Part shown: in pieces, positions 22,608-25,666 of the stretch | How positions within the stretch are numbered: position 1 is the first letter of the stretch | How the letters are laid out: every line of letters begins with the position of its first letter | DNA from: a virus | Taxonomy: Duplodnaviria; Caudoviricetes | Strand: one strand, 5' to 3' | IMG/VR virus record: IMGVR_UViG_3300017978_000037 | Span: 1-25,666 of that record | Length of the DNA: 25,666 nt | The notes under the pieces: generated by a model | Database searches by the model: none | What the model was told of the DNA's origin: nothing | The model's input: only the letters and a program-made list of their open reading frames with translations | Made by a program: the position numbers and the translations under genes

Positions 22608-23639
22608 ATGGCTACAGATTCAGTAATGGGGTTATTCCAAGACCCTCAGCAGTACCAGCAACAACAGTATCAACAGGTACTAGACCGTAACATCCGACTT
22701 GCTCAGCTTGATCCTTTTGAGAGAGCTAATGCCATGATCGGTACAGGTGCTTATCAGCTGGCAGGTGCAGTTGGTGGTGCTTTGGGTGGTCAAGACCCTC
22801 AGTTGCAAATGGCTACACTTCGTCAGCAAGTGCTACAAGGTTTAGATCCTAATGATTCTGCGGCTATTAATAAGGCTGCTCAGGCGTTATCTCAAGCCGG
22901 GGATCAACAAGGAGCTATGCAACTGGCTCAACGCGCTTTAGAAATCCGTAACGTAGAGTCTCAGATCTCAGGTCGTACCGAAGAGAAGCAAGCTCAGCGT
23001 GAGACACAGCTACAGATAGCGCGTGAGAAGATTGCAGCTCAACTTGAAGCAGCTAAAGAACGTGGAGCTACTCAACTTCAGATTGCTCAGATGGCCCAAG
23101 AAGGCCGTATGCAGTTGGCTGCTATTGCTCAAGGCACTAAACAGACTGCTGCTGACGAAAAAGCTGCCGCAGCAGATCAACAACGTGTAGGCGCTGTTGC
23201 TTCTTTTAACGATGCTTTGACTACCCTTGATGTTTTGAAAACACATCCCGGTAAAAGCGCTGCTGTAGGTTTTGGTGGCGGCGCTGCTTCTATGGTTCCC
23301 GGTACAAACGCTTACGGTTTTGGTAAACAACTTGAAACATTTAAAGCTCAAACCTTTATACCTATGGTGTCTGCTCTTAAAGGCATGGGTGCTTTGTCTG
23401 ATGCTGAAGGTAAGAAACTTACAGATTCAGTTGGCGCACTCGATCAAGGCATGAAACCTGCTGAATTTGATGCTCAAGTGACAGCCATTGAAAAGAAGCT
23501 CAAAGCTGCTAAAACACGCGCTGAGACAATGGTAAAAGACAAGGCTTTACTTAAACCTTTTGAGCAAACTGGAACACCAGAAGCACCTAAAGCTACTCGT
23601 CGTTGGAACCCTCAAACTAACTCTTTTGAAGCGATCTAA
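22608..23639 (+). CDS. ejection protein 2
   Basis: Gln/Ala helical, KGMGALSDAEG motif. Confidence 0.75.
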   Translation: MATDSVMGLFQDPQQYQQQQYQQVLDRNIRLAQLDPFERANAMIGTGAYQLAGAVGGALGGQDPQLQMATLRQQVLQGLDPNDSAAINKAAQALSQAGDQQGAMQLAQRALEIRNVESQISGRTEEKQAQRETQLQIAREKIAAQLEAAKERGATQLQIAQMAQEGRMQLAAIAQGTKQTAADEKAAAADQQRVGAVASFNDALTTLDVLKTHPGKSAAVGFGGGAASMVPGTNAYGFGKQLETFKAQTFIPMVSALKGMGALSDAEGKKLTDSVGALDQGMKPAEFDAQVTAIEKKLKAAKTRAETMVKDKALLKPFEQTGTPEAPKATRRWNPQTNSFEAI

Positions 23640-23641
23640 TA

Positions 23642-25144
23642 ATGGCTCAATACATTGAAGTGAACGGTGAAACAGTTGAGTTTCCTGATGGGATGTCAGA
23701 TGCTCAAATTGCTTCAGCTATTAAAGGCTCTTCTCAAGCGACGCCGCCTCCTGCACAGCCAAACTCAGTTCCTCAAGAGTTAGCTCGTCAAGTTGGTTTA
23801 ACAGGGCGAGCAGCTTACACAGCTTTAACAGCCCCTGCTACAGCTGTTTTAGAGGCTGGTCGTGGGTTATATAATGCAGGTGCTAATTTAATTGGCTCTG
23901 AGAGCCGTATCCCTAGTTTTTCACAGGCTCAATCTCAGGTGCTATCTAATGTTGGTGTACCAGAGCCTAAAAATACTCAAGAACGAGCAGTACAGGCTGC
24001 AACAGAAGCAATGGCTTCAACAGGAGGAATAGCTAAGCTTGCTCCTCAAATCCCTGCGTTAGCTTCTAATTTAGTTCAACAGATCCCTGCTGCCGCTGCT
24101 GGCGCTGGTGTATCTCAGTTAGCTTCTGAAACTGTTGCTCCTCGTGTAAAAGAAATTACTGGAAGCGATACTGCGGCCACCTTAGCTTCTTTAGGTCTTG
24201 GCGCTATTGCAGCAGGAGCTACTGGTAAAGCAGCCGGTAATTTAACTGCTGAAGCTCCTAAGCTCTCTACTATGCAGGAAGTCAAACAACGTGCTTCTCG
24301 TGCTTACGGAGCTATGGACGAAGCCGGTGTTATGTTGAAGCCTAAGAGTACTTTAGACATGGTAGATAACATTAAAGTTAAACTTGATGAAGCTCGCATG
24401 GTTCCCGGTACAGACCAAGCCAAAGAAGTTAACGCTCGTCTAAACGAGATCAATAACATGATCGGTACAGAGCGAGTATCGTTCACTAAGCTTGATAAGA
24501 TGCGCAGTATGCTTAACGACTTAAAAGGCAGTAAGGACGCGGATGTACAACGCTTAGGTAAAGTAGCTGTTGAACAAGTGGACAATTACATAGCTAATCT
24601 GACAGGTAAAGACATCATGGCTGGTAAGGGCGGTCTTGATAAGGCTGTATCTAGTGTGATGTCTGCTCGTAAAGATTGGCGTAATGCTAGTCGTGCTGAT
24701 GTTTTGAACGATGCTCTTGATGTGGCTTCAGCTAAGGCTTTAGACAGTAAAGCATCTGAATCTGAACTTATTCGTAGAGGTTTTATCAATATTGCTGCCA
24801 ACAAAGACAAGATGAAACTGTTTAATCAAAATGAACAAAACATTATTAAATCAGTGGCTAAAGGCGGGACATTAGATCCTTTGTTGACTTTTGCTTCTCG
24901 GTTCAACCCTGAGCGTCCCGGTATTGCCATGATTGGTACGGCAGGCATCGCAGCAGGTAATCCAGCTCTTGCAGGGACTATTGCCGCTGGTGGCTACGCA
25001 GCAGATAAAGCTCAAGCAGCTATGCGTCGTGCTGCTGCTGAAAAGGCTGCTAAGCAGATTGCCTCCGGTGTACAGGTCAATGAACAACCTAATTACGGTT
25101 GGCGTGGTTTGTTCCAAGGTGCAATGAAGACTCCACAGCAGTAA
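23642..25144 (+). CDS. ejection protein 3
   Basis: VEFPDGMSDAQI N-terminus, Gly/Ala hydrophobic segments. Confidence 0.75.
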   Translation: MAQYIEVNGETVEFPDGMSDAQIASAIKGSSQATPPPAQPNSVPQELARQVGLTGRAAYTALTAPATAVLEAGRGLYNAGANLIGSESRIPSFSQAQSQVLSNVGVPEPKNTQERAVQAATEAMASTGGIAKLAPQIPALASNLVQQIPAAAAGAGVSQLASETVAPRVKEITGSDTAATLASLGLGAIAAGATGKAAGNLTAEAPKLSTMQEVKQRASRAYGAMDEAGVMLKPKSTLDMVDNIKVKLDEARMVPGTDQAKEVNARLNEINNMIGTERVSFTKLDKMRSMLNDLKGSKDADVQRLGKVAVEQVDNYIANLTGKDIMAGKGGLDKAVSSVMSARKDWRNASRADVLNDALDVASAKALDSKASESELIRRGFINIAANKDKMKLFNQNEQNIIKSVAKGGTLDPLLTFASRFNPERPGIAMIGTAGIAAGNPALAGTIAAGGYAADKAQAAMRRAAAEKAAKQIASGVQVNEQPNYGWRGLFQGAMKTPQQ

Positions 25145-25666
25145 TGCCTCTCCTGATCCTTGCTGGTGCTCTCAAGGCTGTTGAGGCTATCCAGCAGGGA
25201 TGTGACCTATACAAAGAGTATAAAGGTACTGTTCTCAAAGCTAAGAAAACCTTCGATGAAGTTAAAGGTATAGCTGTAGAAGTCTCAGATGTCGGTACAG
25301 GTATCTGGGACTTTATCAAGTCTAAGTTGTTTCCGTCAGAAGCTGCTCCTACGCATATAGTACCGGAAGCAATCCCTGCAAAACCTGCGGTGAATAAGGA
25401 GTCTAATCTCCGCATAGCAGACGAGCATAGTGAACAGAACATCAAGGCTGAGTTAGTTAAGAACTTAAAGGTGTTCTTCAAGGCCATGATAGCTATCAAT
25501 AAGAGGATAGCTGAGCAGCAGTTACGTATAGACACTCAGTATATTGAGCCTGATGAGCTTCTAGATGTCTCCCTTGACTTAGTTATAGCTAAGAAGGAGA
25601 TGGAGAAGGCCCAGAAGGAGATCAGAGAGGTAATGATCTATCAGAGTCCTCCTGAGCTAGGTGCTC
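25144..25666 (+). CDS. hypothetical helical protein, truncated by window end
   Basis: TAATG overlap; open frame MPLLILAGALKAVEAIQQGCDLYKEYKG... to the end. Confidence 0.8.
   Translation, partial: MPLLILAGALKAVEAIQQGCDLYKEYKGTVLKAKKTFDEVKGIAVEVSDVGTGIWDFIKSKLFPSEAAPTHIVPEAIPAKPAVNKESNLRIADEHSEQNIKAELVKNLKVFFKAMIAINKRIAEQQLRIDTQYIEPDELLDVSLDLVIAKKEMEKAQKEIREVMIYQSPPELGA

Overview
A 25.7 kb fragment of a tailed dsDNA phage with podovirus-like organisation, in two divergent arms. The left arm (1-5543, minus strand) is a tightly coupled run of about 20 small early genes ending in the 5' part of a T7 gp4-type primase(-helicase). The right arm (6559-end, plus strand) is the morphogenesis module: terminase subunits, portal, scaffold, major capsid, a multi-gene fibre cassette, adaptor, nozzle, tail-collar fibre, a GNAT and ejection proteins, with several host sigma70-type promoters. 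The 1 kb intergenic region (5544-6558) is the most striking part. It holds two divergent sigma54 (-24/-12) promoter matches flanking two phased arrays of candidate enhancer-binding-protein sites, one matching the NtrC consensus, plus further dyads, a G-tract/direct-repeat candidate genome-end region and a densely base-paired candidate ncRNA. A GIY-YIG homing endonuclease sits in-frame inside a fibre gene and carries a synonymously recoded replacement of that gene's 5' end. No CRISPR array, tRNA, integrase or reverse transcriptase was seen. All calls come from reading the sequence and recalled motifs; no database search was run.
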